Source: a virus
Taxonomy: Duplodnaviria; Caudoviricetes
Direction: 5' to 3' (one strand)
DNA length: 37,197 bases
IMG/VR virus record: IMGVR_UViG_3300012041_000707
Location: 1 to 37,197 of that record
The notes beneath the pieces were generated by a model. That model saw only the letters and a program-made list of their open reading frames with translations. It searched no databases and had not been told where the DNA came from. The translations under genes and the position numbers were made by a program. How positions within the stretch are numbered: the stretch's first letter is position 1; each line of letters starts with the position of its first letter. Shown here one piece after another: positions 16,969 to 25,320 of the stretch.

Positions 16969-19041
16969 CTACTGCATGGGTGGTTGCATCGGGGGTCCGT
17001 TGGGGCCGCCCGTCGGTGGCCCGCCGGGGTTCATCAACGTGCCGTCATCGGGCGTGCCATCGACGCCGATCATGGTCTGCTCCAGGCTCTGCTGGCCCGC
17101 CTTGGCGAGGTTCAGCACCGCCTGGGTCTTGTTCTTCAGCCCCTCGGAGGCGACCTTCGCAAGCTCGGCCTCCTCCATCGGGTCGGGCTTCTCGCCCTCG
17201 GGGTCCGGTGCGCTGGCGGTGGCGATGGCCTCGTCCAGCACGCTCTCGATTTCCTTGCCGATGCGGAAGCCGCCGAGACCCCACTTCATCAACTGCAGCA
17301 CCACGGGCGTAGCCTGGGGCGCGGCCTGCATCAGCGGCGTCACCGACTGGACGAAGGTGCCGACGGCGGTCATGAACTGGGTGCGCGAGTCGCGCTCCTG
17401 CGCCCAATCGACCATCGCCATCGACTCGGCCTCGACGCTGATCCGGTAGAACTTCGAGTTGTCGGGAGCCTTCAGGAACTGCACCGCCTGCTCGGCCGTC
17501 TTGGCGTCGGGGCTGTTCATGATGTTGGAGCGCTCGATGATCGTCTGCGGCTGGTAGCGGTCGCAGATGATCTGCGCCTTGATGCGCTGGCCGCTGGCGA
17601 CCCAGGCTCCAATGGTCTGCTGCTTGAACTGGAGGCGATTGCCGCCGAACTGCGCCTTAAGCTCCTGGGCACCGAGGGTCTCGTCGGGGTCGGTGATGCC
17701 GCGCATGATGTCGCCGATGCCCAGGACCTCGTAGAGGTTGGCCTTGATGACCTCGCGCTGCTCGGTCAGTTGCACGATCACGCTGGCGATGACCTCGATG
17801 GGGACGAAGTCCATCTGGCCCTTCAGGCCGCCCTTCTCGGCGAACGCGGCCCAGTTGTCCACCGGGATCATCTGGTTCTCCATGCCCTCCATGAAGACCC
17901 GGCCGATGGGGGTGCTGTTCTTGTCGTAGACCCCGACCACCTTGCACGCCTTGGTCAGGTACTTGATCCGGGTCGTAAGCTCATCGATCTGGGTGTACTG
18001 GTCCTGGGCCAGCAGGTAGTCGGCCCGGGGCAGGAAGGCGCTGGTGGTCAGGTTCGCCATCAGCGGCTGCGGGCAGGGGAAGAACGTCTTCAGCTTGAGC
18101 GGGTCGGGCTTGTAGTCGCAGATCACGTCCATGCCCATGACGTGCCAGTAGGCGCACTTCGTCTGCTTGTCCCAAATCTCGAAGACGGCGGCCTTCTCCC
18201 AGGGGTCGTTCCTGACGCCCGAGTCGGTCTTGGTCTTGTTCTTGGAGACCGGGACCGCCTTGCCGATCCTCTCGCCGAAGCGCTCGCAAAGCTCCTCGCG
18301 GGTCATGTAGACGCGGCGGGCGACCCAGCGCACGTCCTGCCAGACCCTGGCGGGGCTGAACCAGAAGTCCTCCCAGTAGACGTAGTCTGCAGGGGCTTCC
18401 TCGTTGGTGATCGCCTCGTACTCGACGGCCGCCGCAAGCTCCTCGCCCGTGGCGGGGTCCATCACCGGGTCGACCTGGGCTTTCTCGGTCTCGACCTCGT
18501 AGCGGTACCAGACCTGACCCATGCCGACGATCAGGAAGTCGCCGACGGCCTGCCTTGTAACCTCGGGATACGTCGACTCGTCGTCGTCCTCGCAGTCGTT
18601 GTTCAGCAGGCGCTGCAGGATGTTGCCGGCGACCCGGGACACGTCGTCCTCGGAGTCCTTGTGGGCGTTGGACACGTCGACATCCGGGGGCTTGGCGTAC
18701 AAGGACGCCTTGAGGACCTCGATGTTCGACCAGAACAGGTTGAACTTCGAGTCGGCGTTGTCGAAGGCCGCCCCGTCACGCTCATCGAGGTACTTGTTGA
18801 TCAGCTTCTTGCCCAGGCGGTGGAACTTCGCAAGCTCCTTCTTCGCAGCCTGAAGCTCCCTCTCCCAGCGCTCGGCCATCTCGCCCGGGCTCTTGCCCCG
18901 AACGGCCTTGGCGACGAGCTTCTGGTCGCCCGGTTTGACGCTGTCGCGGGGGTCGGTGAACTCCTTGCCATCCGACTCCTTCGGCGGCTTTTCATTCCCC
19001 GTAACTGGGGGCTGGCCGGGTTGGGGCGGGTAAGTAGCCAT
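16969..19041 (-). CDS. Portal protein (690 aa)
   Basis: Follows terL with TGATG coupling; FNLFWSN, FFPCPQPL, GIGDIMRG and ETLGAQELK motifs typical of podovirus portals; Pro-rich tail. Confidence 0.85.
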   Translation of the reverse strand: MATYPPQPGQPPVTGNEKPPKESDGKEFTDPRDSVKPGDQKLVAKAVRGKSPGEMAERWERELQAAKKELAKFHRLGKKLINKYLDERDGAAFDNADSKFNLFWSNIEVLKASLYAKPPDVDVSNAHKDSEDDVSRVAGNILQRLLNNDCEDDDESTYPEVTRQAVGDFLIVGMGQVWYRYEVETEKAQVDPVMDPATGEELAAAVEYEAITNEEAPADYVYWEDFWFSPARVWQDVRWVARRVYMTREELCERFGERIGKAVPVSKNKTKTDSGVRNDPWEKAAVFEIWDKQTKCAYWHVMGMDVICDYKPDPLKLKTFFPCPQPLMANLTTSAFLPRADYLLAQDQYTQIDELTTRIKYLTKACKVVGVYDKNSTPIGRVFMEGMENQMIPVDNWAAFAEKGGLKGQMDFVPIEVIASVIVQLTEQREVIKANLYEVLGIGDIMRGITDPDETLGAQELKAQFGGNRLQFKQQTIGAWVASGQRIKAQIICDRYQPQTIIERSNIMNSPDAKTAEQAVQFLKAPDNSKFYRISVEAESMAMVDWAQERDSRTQFMTAVGTFVQSVTPLMQAAPQATPVVLQLMKWGLGGFRIGKEIESVLDEAIATASAPDPEGEKPDPMEEAELAKVASEGLKNKTQAVLNLAKAGQQSLEQTMIGVDGTPDDGTLMNPGGPPTGGPNGPPMQPPMQ

Positions 19042-20408
19042 CAGGTCAGCCTTCCGGTGGTCGTGTGGACGCCGACGGTCTCGTGGAGCATGTCCAGGGT
19101 GAAGGTGTTGTGCAGCGGCGGCACGATTATGGTCGTCTTCTCGGGCGGCGGGGAGGGAAGCTCCAGCTTGGCCGCGCCCTCCATGTAGGCGTCGGCCGGG
19201 TGGCTCGACCAGTCGTGCCGGGGCTCGGCTTTAAAGGTCTTGGTCTCCTCGTCGTACTCGTAGGAGTAGGAGCGCAGAGCCTGGAGGAACGGCTTGCACG
19301 CCTCGCCGTTGGAGATGCGGATGCGGCGCAGCATCAGCCGCCCGGCGTTGATCGAGTCGGCCTTCTTCCTCTGCTCGTTGACGCGGATGTCGCACTTGTC
19401 CCAGGGCCGGTCGAGCAGGAAGGTCTCGATCACGCTCTTCTTCGAGGCGAAGCTCTTGGCCTTGGCGTCGTGCGGCAGCAGCATGATGTCGGCCCGGGGC
19501 TGCTTGCGTAGCCTGGGTATCCACTCCTCGGCGTCCATGCCGCTGCCGTCGTCGTAGTGGAATATCTCGAAGCCGCCGCGCAGCCGCCGCCACCAGACGA
19601 AGGCGGCCTTGTCCCGGTAGCCGATGTCGCTGGTCACGATCACCTCGCTATGGTGGTCGTCGCCGGTCTCGACGGCGCAGATCCGGCCCTCCTTCTCCAT
19701 CTGCTCGACGTAGCGGCCGAAGATCGCGCCGACGTTGGCCGCCGAGAAGTCGCAGTCGTACTCCTGGCGGTATAGCTCGTCGGGCATCTCGCGCCGCTCG
19801 TCTTCGAGGACCGACAGGGGGATGTGCTTGGTGTCCTTGACCCCCAGGTGCGAGTGGTACCAGTGGTCGCTGGAGCGGGCCAACTGGATCAGGTCGTGGA
19901 ACCAGTTGTAGCCCCGGGGTGTAGAGATGAAGGCCGCCCAGCCGCCGTTGCCCGCCAGCATGGGCCGGAACATGGACCACGCCCGGGGGTCGCTCAGTGC
20001 CGCCTCGCTCATCACGATGCCGAAGGGGTTGGAGCCCACGAGGCTGTCGTAGTAGTCCGAGCCCACCAGTTGCCAGATCGCGCCCGAGCGCAGGGTGATC
20101 TTCATCTCGGTCTTGTTGGTGTCCTCCCGCAGCGCCTTGGGGAACACCACGTCGAGGGTCTTCCTGCCCTCGTTGTCGAAGCCGTCCCAGACCACCTTGC
20201 GAGCGTGCTTGTGGGTCGGGAGCATGTGGAAGTACATGCCCGGCCGCTCGAAGCTCGCCTTGGCGGTCTGGTGCAGCATGGTGAGGTCCTTGCCGTACCG
20301 CCGGGGCCAGCAGCAGGCCGCACGCAGGCCGCCGTCATCGAAGTAGCCCATCAGGTCGTCCTGGGGCGGGCGCGGCACGAAGCCGTTGGGCAGGGCTATC
20401 TCACCCAT
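19041..20408 (-). CDS. terL: Terminase large subunit
   Basis: Walker A WPRRYGKD, Walker B GIVMSE, coupling motif ISTPRG, QEYDCDF, nuclease SDIG and HDWSSHPADA. Probable start ATG 20408. Confidence 0.92.
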   Translation of the reverse strand: MGEIALPNGFVPRPPQDDLMGYFDDGGLRAACCWPRRYGKDLTMLHQTAKASFERPGMYFHMLPTHKHARKVVWDGFDNEGRKTLDVVFPKALREDTNKTEMKITLRSGAIWQLVGSDYYDSLVGSNPFGIVMSEAALSDPRAWSMFRPMLAGNGGWAAFISTPRGYNWFHDLIQLARSSDHWYHSHLGVKDTKHIPLSVLEDERREMPDELYRQEYDCDFSAANVGAIFGRYVEQMEKEGRICAVETGDDHHSEVIVTSDIGYRDKAAFVWWRRLRGGFEIFHYDDGSGMDAEEWIPRLRKQPRADIMLLPHDAKAKSFASKKSVIETFLLDRPWDKCDIRVNEQRKKADSINAGRLMLRRIRISNGEACKPFLQALRSYSYEYDEETKTFKAEPRHDWSSHPADAYMEGAAKLELPSPPPEKTTIIVPPLHNTFTLDMLHETVGVHTTTGRLT

Positions 20409-20478
20409 CTCTGGAGACCAGGGCTGCAACGACGAGGAGGGCACCGATCATCGCCCCCGCGCCGATGACGAGGATCAC
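20401..20478 (-). CDS. Possible 25-aa hydrophobic peptide
   Basis: GTGA overlap with the upstream stop gives MILVIGAGAMIGALLVVAALVSRDG; its stop overlaps the terL start region. Confidence 0.3.
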   Translation of the reverse strand: MILVIGAGAMIGALLVVAALVSRDG

Positions 20479-20705
20479 GATGACGGCCTCGACCCACACA
20501 GGCCAAGCCCGAGGGTCGAGGTGCGGGCCGCGTCCCAGATGCTCTGGCAGAGGGCGTGCTGCGCCGCCTTCGTAAGCGTGCCGTCGAAGCGGAGCTTGAC
20601 GATCACGTCCTCGTAGAGGTCGTAGCGTGCCTGCCGCTCGTCCTCTGTAGCCTGGGGTGCTGGGTGCCGACCCCAGGCCGATGCGATTACGTCGCTGGTA
20701 GTCAC
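20475..20705 (-). CDS. Hypothetical protein (76 aa)
   Basis: GTG 20705 overlaps the methyltransferase stop (GTGA); reads MTTSDVIASAWGRHP... Confidence 0.5.
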   Translation of the reverse strand: MTTSDVIASAWGRHPAPQATEDERQARYDLYEDVIVKLRFDGTLTKAAQHALCQSIWDAARTSTLGLGLCGSRPSS

Positions 20706-21445
20706 GCCATCCCCAGCCACATGCCCGGCCGCACCGTGTCGGCGTCCAGCACTGCGTGGACGTGGGCACCGAGGACCTCGACCGGCTGGCGGTGCCACTC
20801 CAGGCCGTGAAGCTCCACCATGCCGCCGCACTGAAGCTCGAAGCTCCTGGGCGTGCGGTAGCGCACCGCCTCGTGGTACGCCGGGCCACCGTCGACCACG
20901 TCGAGGACCAGCAGCACGCCGCCCTTACGCAGCATCGAGCGTGCCGTGTCCAGCATCGCCAGCGTGTCCTCGCAGTGATGCAGCGAGTACGCCATCACCA
21001 CCACGTCGTAGCCGCTGCCCGGCAGGCTCGGGCCGTCGCGCATGTCGGCCAGCACCAGCGTGGCAGGCCGGCACACCGAGCGCGATAGCTGGGCCATCGA
21101 CTGGTTGACCAGCACCACCTCGATGTCGGGCCGCTGGGCCAGCCAGTGCGCCTCCATGCCGCCGATGCCTGCGCCCAGGGACAGCACGCGGCCGCCCTTG
21201 GGCAGGGCCAGCCGGGCCAGCACCAGTTGGCTATGCCGCCGCTCGCTGGGGTCGAGCAGGAAGGTCTGGAAGACCGTGCGGCCCTGCTCCTTGAGCCAGT
21301 CGGTGACCTCGCCGACCAGCACGTCGTCACCGTAGACCGTGTCCTCGCAGGGCCAGGGCTTTAAAGCCTCAAGCTCCGGGCAGCAATTCCCAGTGACGTA
21401 ATGCGAGGCCGCCTGGGCCGATGGCGTGGCATCAGGCTGGGTCAT
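20702..21445 (-). CDS. Class I SAM-dependent methyltransferase (small-molecule/protein type)
   Basis: Motif I RVLSLGAGIGG, LADM, YDVVVMAYSLHH and LRKGGVLLVLD are the Methyltransf_11/25-type pattern; no DPPY/NPPY or PC motif. Confidence 0.8.
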   Translation of the reverse strand: MTQPDATPSAQAASHYVTGNCCPELEALKPWPCEDTVYGDDVLVGEVTDWLKEQGRTVFQTFLLDPSERRHSQLVLARLALPKGGRVLSLGAGIGGMEAHWLAQRPDIEVVLVNQSMAQLSRSVCRPATLVLADMRDGPSLPGSGYDVVVMAYSLHHCEDTLAMLDTARSMLRKGGVLLVLDVVDGGPAYHEAVRYRTPRSFELQCGGMVELHGLEWHRQPVEVLGAHVHAVLDADTVRPGMWLGMA

Positions 21446-21848
21446 CGGTGGGCTCCTGGGGCTTCCTGCTCGACCGGTTGATGACGACGGTCAGGGGGCC
21501 GCCGCCGTCGCCTGTGACCTCGGCCCGTGAGAGGCGAGGCGCAGCAAACTCGGCGAGGTTGCCCAGGAGCTTGGCAGCGCCCTCGGGGTTGGGCGGCCGC
21601 CCTGGCACCGTCTTGCCGCCCACTTTCCTGGCCTTCTGGCCCTCGGCCGTCTGCTGCAGCCACAGGGCCACGTTGTCGGCGTTGTCTGCCAGGAGCTTGG
21701 TGATGGTCTCGCGGAAGGTCTGGGTCGACTTGTTGGGGATGCCCTTGCGCGAGCCACCTGGGGGCTTCATCCCGTTGCGGCCGACGCCCGGTGGCCGTGT
21801 CCCGTCGGGACCGGCACGTTTCGGCAATGTGTTGGTTGGCTCGCTCAT
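21432..21848 (-). CDS. terS: Terminase small subunit
   Basis: GGSRKGIPNKST motif and C-terminal PRLSRAEVTGDGGGPL; first gene of the late arm; probable start ATG 21848. Confidence 0.7.
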   Translation of the reverse strand: MSEPTNTLPKRAGPDGTRPPGVGRNGMKPPGGSRKGIPNKSTQTFRETITKLLADNADNVALWLQQTAEGQKARKVGGKTVPGRPPNPEGAAKLLGNLAEFAAPRLSRAEVTGDGGGPLTVVINRSSRKPQEPTDDPA

Positions 21849-21877
21849 GGCCCGGCACTGTACCCCCAACGCTAGGC

Positions 21878-22088
21878 ACGCTACCCACGCTACCCCCGCT
21901 ACCCTAGCGTCCTATGCGAGCGCGCCGATTTCCTCGCGTGCGGGGTCGCGGCCGCGCGAATACAGAAAAGGTTCTTACTCTCTCTCTCTCACGACCAAAC
22001 ACTTGGGTAGCGTGGGTAGCGTTACCGGGCGTAGACCCCTCCGGCTGGGTAGCGTGGCTGGGTAGCGTGTGGGTAGCGTGGGTAGCGT
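21878..22088. repeat. Iteron-like 9-bp repeat cluster (GGGTAGCGT) in direct and inverted orientation; candidate origin or packaging region
   Basis: GGGTAGCGT at 22005, 22014, 22047, 22060, 22071 and 22080. Inverted ACGCTACCC at 21878 and 21887, variant CCGCTACCC at 21896. AT-richer spacer with a (CT)n tract near 21978-21990. Confidence 0.85.
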
Positions 22089-22101
22089 GGCCCCCGGGCC
22101 G

Positions 22102-22142
22102 ACCGTCTGTCGGTCTATTTGCGGGCTAACCCGACAGACGGT
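22102..22142. repeat. Perfect 12-bp inverted repeat with 17-nt spacer
   Basis: ACCGTCTGTCGG (22102-22113) / CCGACAGACGGT (22131-22142). Confidence 0.85.
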
Positions 22143-22209
22143 AGCCTGGGGCTCCAAAACTCACTAGAATTCAAGCTTGACAGCCACCCACCAAAACGGA
22201 GTTTTGAAC

Positions 22210-22560
22210 ATGAACGCAGCAGCAGCTTTCGTCGGTCCCCTGCCCCAGGCCAAGAAGGGCCGCCCGGCCAAGCACGAGTCGGCCGCCGCCCGCCAGAAGG
22301 CATGGCGTGCCGCCAACGCCGTCAAGACCTACCGCATCGACGGCAAGGCCGCCGCCACCATCGCCAAGCTGGCGGGCCAGTTCGACTGCGACGAGACCCA
22401 CGTCGTCAACAACCTGATCCGCTTCGCCCTGGCGAACCGCACCTGGGCCACCCAGGGCATCGGCGGCTGGGACATCACCGACAAGCGCTTCGGCAACGGC
22501 AAGCGCACCGCCCCGGTGGTCGACACCACCGCCCTCGACGCCGAGTTTCCCCTGGTCTGA
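22210..22560 (+). CDS. Putative DNA-binding protein, ribbon-helix-helix-like (116 aa)
   Basis: ATG 22210 with GGAG SD; KKGRPAKH...RQKAWR followed by a beta-helix-helix-like segment; first early gene. Confidence 0.55.
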   Translation: MNAAAAFVGPLPQAKKGRPAKHESAAARQKAWRAANAVKTYRIDGKAAATIAKLAGQFDCDETHVVNNLIRFALANRTWATQGIGGWDITDKRFGNGKRTAPVVDTTALDAEFPLV

Positions 22561-22590
22561 TCGACCTTTAAAGCCTCAGGAGCCACCACC

Positions 22591-22902
22591 ATGAACCCGT
22601 CCCAAGCCCGCGCCGCCCGACTCTTCACCAACCACGTCCAGCGCAACGTGGACCCCCACCCCGAGCGCGGCGATGCCGCCTTCTTCACGATGGAGACCAC
22701 GTCCTACGGCACCCTCTGGATCACCGGCCGCACCGAGATGACCGACCTACCCTCGGGCAACCTGCTGCGTGCGGTGGCGGCCGAGTACTGGCTGGTCGCC
22801 ATCGGCAAGCGGGGTGCCATCGATGTGAAGATGGCCCCCAAGTCCTACCTCCAGTTCAAGGGCCGCCGCGTCCTGGGCATGAACTTCAACCAGTCACGAT
22901 AG
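22591..22902 (+). CDS. Hypothetical early protein (103 aa)
   Basis: AGGAG SD, strong GC3 bias. Confidence 0.75.
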   Translation: MNPSQARAARLFTNHVQRNVDPHPERGDAAFFTMETTSYGTLWITGRTEMTDLPSGNLLRAVAAEYWLVAIGKRGAIDVKMAPKSYLQFKGRRVLGMNFNQSR

Positions 22903-22969
22903 GAGCCTCAGAGTACAGGGCAACCAGCCCTGTCCTCTGCGATCCGCAGGCAACCGAGAGACCACCACC

Positions 22970-23497
22970 ATGCCCAAGACCACCTACCAAGCCTTCTGCG
23001 GCTCCCTCCTGGCCGGCGAGCGCAAGTCCGACCGACCCTACACGCACGCCCTGGTGCTGCACGACCTGAACCCCCAGACCTATCTGGAGTCCGTGCGCCG
23101 CCAGTTCCACACGGCTGGCACGTCGGACACCATCCGCTACTTCCGCGAGGTCCTGGCGACCCCGGTCGGCCAGCACCGGCCGCAGCGCGGCTACCCGGTG
23201 ACCGCCGACGACCACCGGCAGGCGGCCGACTACCTGGGCGACCTGACCGACGAGCAGATCGTCGCCCGCGAGCTTGCCCGGCGGCTGGCCGACGCCGACG
23301 AGTACATCGCCAAGAACCTGGGCAAGCCCAACGCCCTGTCCTGGCACATGAGCAGCGAGAACGCCCACAAGGCGTTCACGGCGGCGATGGGCAAGTCCTG
23401 GCTGCGCCACTGGCGCATCAGTCTGGTCGAGTGCAGCGCGAAGCCCGTGAAGGCTCGCAAGGCCGCTGCCGACACCGAGCCCAGGGCGGTCGGCTGA
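22970..23497 (+). CDS. Hypothetical early protein (175 aa)
   Basis: GAGA SD-like sequence and CCACCACC leader, strong GC3 bias. Confidence 0.7.
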   Translation: MPKTTYQAFCGSLLAGERKSDRPYTHALVLHDLNPQTYLESVRRQFHTAGTSDTIRYFREVLATPVGQHRPQRGYPVTADDHRQAADYLGDLTDEQIVARELARRLADADEYIAKNLGKPNALSWHMSSENAHKAFTAAMGKSWLRHWRISLVECSAKPVKARKAAADTEPRAVG

Positions 23498-23530
23498 CCC
23501 CATTTCGTCACGCATGATTAGATCCTGGGG

Positions 23531-23560
23531 TTGACGCCCCAGGCTCCCGTCGCCCAGAAT
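23531..23560 (+). promoter_or_regulatory. Putative sigma70 promoter
   Basis: TTGACG-18 bp-CAGAAT upstream of ORF 23593. Confidence 0.5.
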
Positions 23561-23592
23561 CGCAACCGCCACCACCACCCCAGGAGCCCACC

Positions 23593-23976
23593 ATGCCCCG
23601 ACCCCACATCGACCAGCGCTGGTCCTTCACCACCCGCAGCGACCTCGTCGTCGTCGGCCGCAACCCCGAGATGGCCGACGTGACGAACCCTCGCGGCGAG
23701 GTCTTCGGCCTGCTCTGGTTCGTCGTCGCCTCCAACGAGCATGGCGACACCCGCGAGCTTGCCGTGGTCTCCAGCGGCGACCCCGAGGCCGCCGCCAAGG
23801 TCCTGGCGACCCGGCTCGGTGCCCGCCTGCTGAACCTGTGCAAGCTCCCCATCGGCTTCGACCTCTGGCCCGAGGGCCGCCCGGTCTACGGCTCCGACGC
23901 CTACGTCGAGTACGGGCAGGCCGACGACCTCGCCCTCGAAGCCCGCGAGGCCGCCGACGAGCGGGCCGGCCTGTGA
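23593..23976 (+). CDS. Hypothetical early protein (127 aa)
   Basis: AGGAG SD; PVYGSDAY motif. Confidence 0.75.
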   Translation: MPRPHIDQRWSFTTRSDLVVVGRNPEMADVTNPRGEVFGLLWFVVASNEHGDTRELAVVSSGDPEAAAKVLATRLGARLLNLCKLPIGFDLWPEGRPVYGSDAYVEYGQADDLALEAREAADERAGL

Positions 23977-24200
23977 GTCTCGAATCAGCCGCGATCCTGG
24001 CCGCCATCGGCCTGGAGGTCTACAGCCGCGAGAAGGGCCGCCCCACGGCCCTGGAGCAGGCGAAGATCGACGCCGCCACCATGACCGCCCGCTGGCAGTG
24101 GAACCGCGACGTGGATGCGCGCCTCGCGGAACACAAGCGCAACGGCACCAAGCCGTCGCGCAAGGACCAGTGGCTCTACATCAAGGACGACCGCACATGA
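23973..24200 (+). CDS. Hypothetical protein (75 aa)
   Basis: GTGA overlap start (MSLESAAIL...), ATGA overlap at the end. Confidence 0.6.
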   Translation: MSLESAAILAAIGLEVYSREKGRPTALEQAKIDAATMTARWQWNRDVDARLAEHKRNGTKPSRKDQWLYIKDDRT

Positions 24201-24403
24201 ACTGGCTCTACTTCCTGCTCGGTGCGGCCGCCGTGCCCTGCGCCATCGCCCTGCTCCACTTCCTGGCTGGCCGCAAGCGCAGCCGGGTCGCCCAGGCGGC
24301 CCTGCAGCGGGCACGCGAGAAGGCCAACGCCCGCCACGCCTACTCGATGGCGGCCAAGGCCGAGGCCGACTTCTGGGCGACGAACAGCCGCAAGCTCCCA
24401 TGA
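24197..24403 (+). CDS. Small membrane protein (68 aa)
   Basis: ATGA-coupled; N-terminal TM MNWLYFLLGAAAVPCAIALLHFLAG followed by basic residues. Confidence 0.65.
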   Translation: MNWLYFLLGAAAVPCAIALLHFLAGRKRSRVAQAALQRAREKANARHAYSMAAKAEADFWATNSRKLP

Positions 24404-24543
24404 GCTACCACCTCAACCTCCTGCGGCAGATCGCCAAGGTCGCCTTCTACGTCGTCGTCGGCACCGTCTGCGCTGCCGTCATCGCCTACGCCCTGGTCGA
24501 CATGTACGTCGCCCTCTCCACCGTCATCTGGGTCCACCAATGA
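24400..24543 (+). CDS. Small membrane protein (47 aa)
   Basis: ATGA-coupled on both sides; hydrophobic VAFYVVVGTVCAAVIAYALV. Confidence 0.6.
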   Translation: MSYHLNLLRQIAKVAFYVVVGTVCAAVIAYALVDMYVALSTVIWVHQ

Positions 24544-24749
24544 AAACCTTCTACTCTGTCGACGCCGGCACCCCCTACCGGTTCTCCCGCCGCCTGGGCG
24601 AGCAGGTTGCCGATGCCCAGTACGCCGAGTGGCTGGAGGGGCCGCAGCCCTCTGCCCTGAACGCCGCCAGGGCGATGTTCTGGGGCATCTGGATCAGCCT
24701 GATCCTGGCCGTCGGGGGCACGCTGGCTGTCCTGGCCTTCGGAGCCTGA
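24540..24749 (+). CDS. Small membrane protein (69 aa)
   Basis: ATGA-coupled; C-terminal TM MFWGIWISLILAVGGTLAVLAF. Confidence 0.6.
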   Translation: MKTFYSVDAGTPYRFSRRLGEQVADAQYAEWLEGPQPSALNAARAMFWGIWISLILAVGGTLAVLAFGA

Positions 24750-24780
24750 GGCTCTCATTACGTCACTGGGAATTCACACC

Positions 24781-25059
24781 ATGCAGAAAATCCCCTTCGT
24801 CCCGGCCGACCCCGAGCCCCAGCCCCTGCCCGCGAGCCCCCTCGGTGACGCCCAGGCTTGCCGGTCGATCATCGCCGCCATCCTGATCAAGGGCGGCTGC
24901 AAGTCCCTGGCGCTGACCCAGGAGGACATGAACGCCGTCGCCAAGCTGGTCCTGCTCGACGGCCGCACCAGCAGCGGCGACCTCCTCGTCGCCCTCGGGG
25001 TGCGTGACGCCCAGGGCGTCGTTCACCCGTTCGATCCCAACATCACCCAAGGCCACTGA
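24781..25059 (+). CDS. Hypothetical protein (92 aa)
   Basis: ORF with GC3 bias in the early operon. Confidence 0.6.
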   Translation: MQKIPFVPADPEPQPLPASPLGDAQACRSIIAAILIKGGCKSLALTQEDMNAVAKLVLLDGRTSSGDLLVALGVRDAQGVVHPFDPNITQGH

Positions 25060-25061
25060 CC

Positions 25062-25277
25062 ATGCACCTGATCCACCACCCCAATGGCACGGCCAGCACC
25101 GTCTTCGGCGGCCGTGTCGTCTTTAAAGGCGACCCCAAGCAGGCCGAGAAAATCGGCCGCGAGCTTGAGTGGGGCGAACGCTGCCCCGTCTGCCTGAAGC
25201 GGACCACGCTCACCACCGAGCAGCACTGCCCGGCCCCCGACAAGGCGACGAACGGTCAACACGAGATTGAAGCCTAG
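25062..25277 (+). CDS. Hypothetical protein (71 aa) with CxxC...HC
   Basis: Starts 2 nt after the upstream stop; CPVC motif. Confidence 0.5.
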   Translation: MHLIHHPNGTASTVFGGRVVFKGDPKQAEKIGRELEWGERCPVCLKRTTLTTEQHCPAPDKATNGQHEIEA

Positions 25278-25320
25278 GGCTTACAATCGTCCTTGCCAAT
25301 CCCGGCATCAGGAGAACCCC

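Noticed and set aside
16942-19188. 748-aa plus-strand ORF and similar long antisense ORFs (2720..4183, 7928..9502, 9166..10539, 12671..13837, 35411..36862)
   Set aside because: They are mirror frames of real genes. High GC3 removes stops on the opposite strand, and they show no SD or recognisable motifs.
20702-21445. DNA methyltransferase protecting CTTTAAAG sites
   Set aside because: It lacks DPPY/NPPY/SPPY or PC catalytic motifs, and its motif pattern fits small-molecule/protein methyltransferases.
21878-22088. CRISPR array or mini-array
   Set aside because: Repeats are only 9 bp, irregularly spaced or abutting, and lack unique 30-40 bp spacers. The DUF2800/Cas4-like gene is a standard replication-module nuclease.
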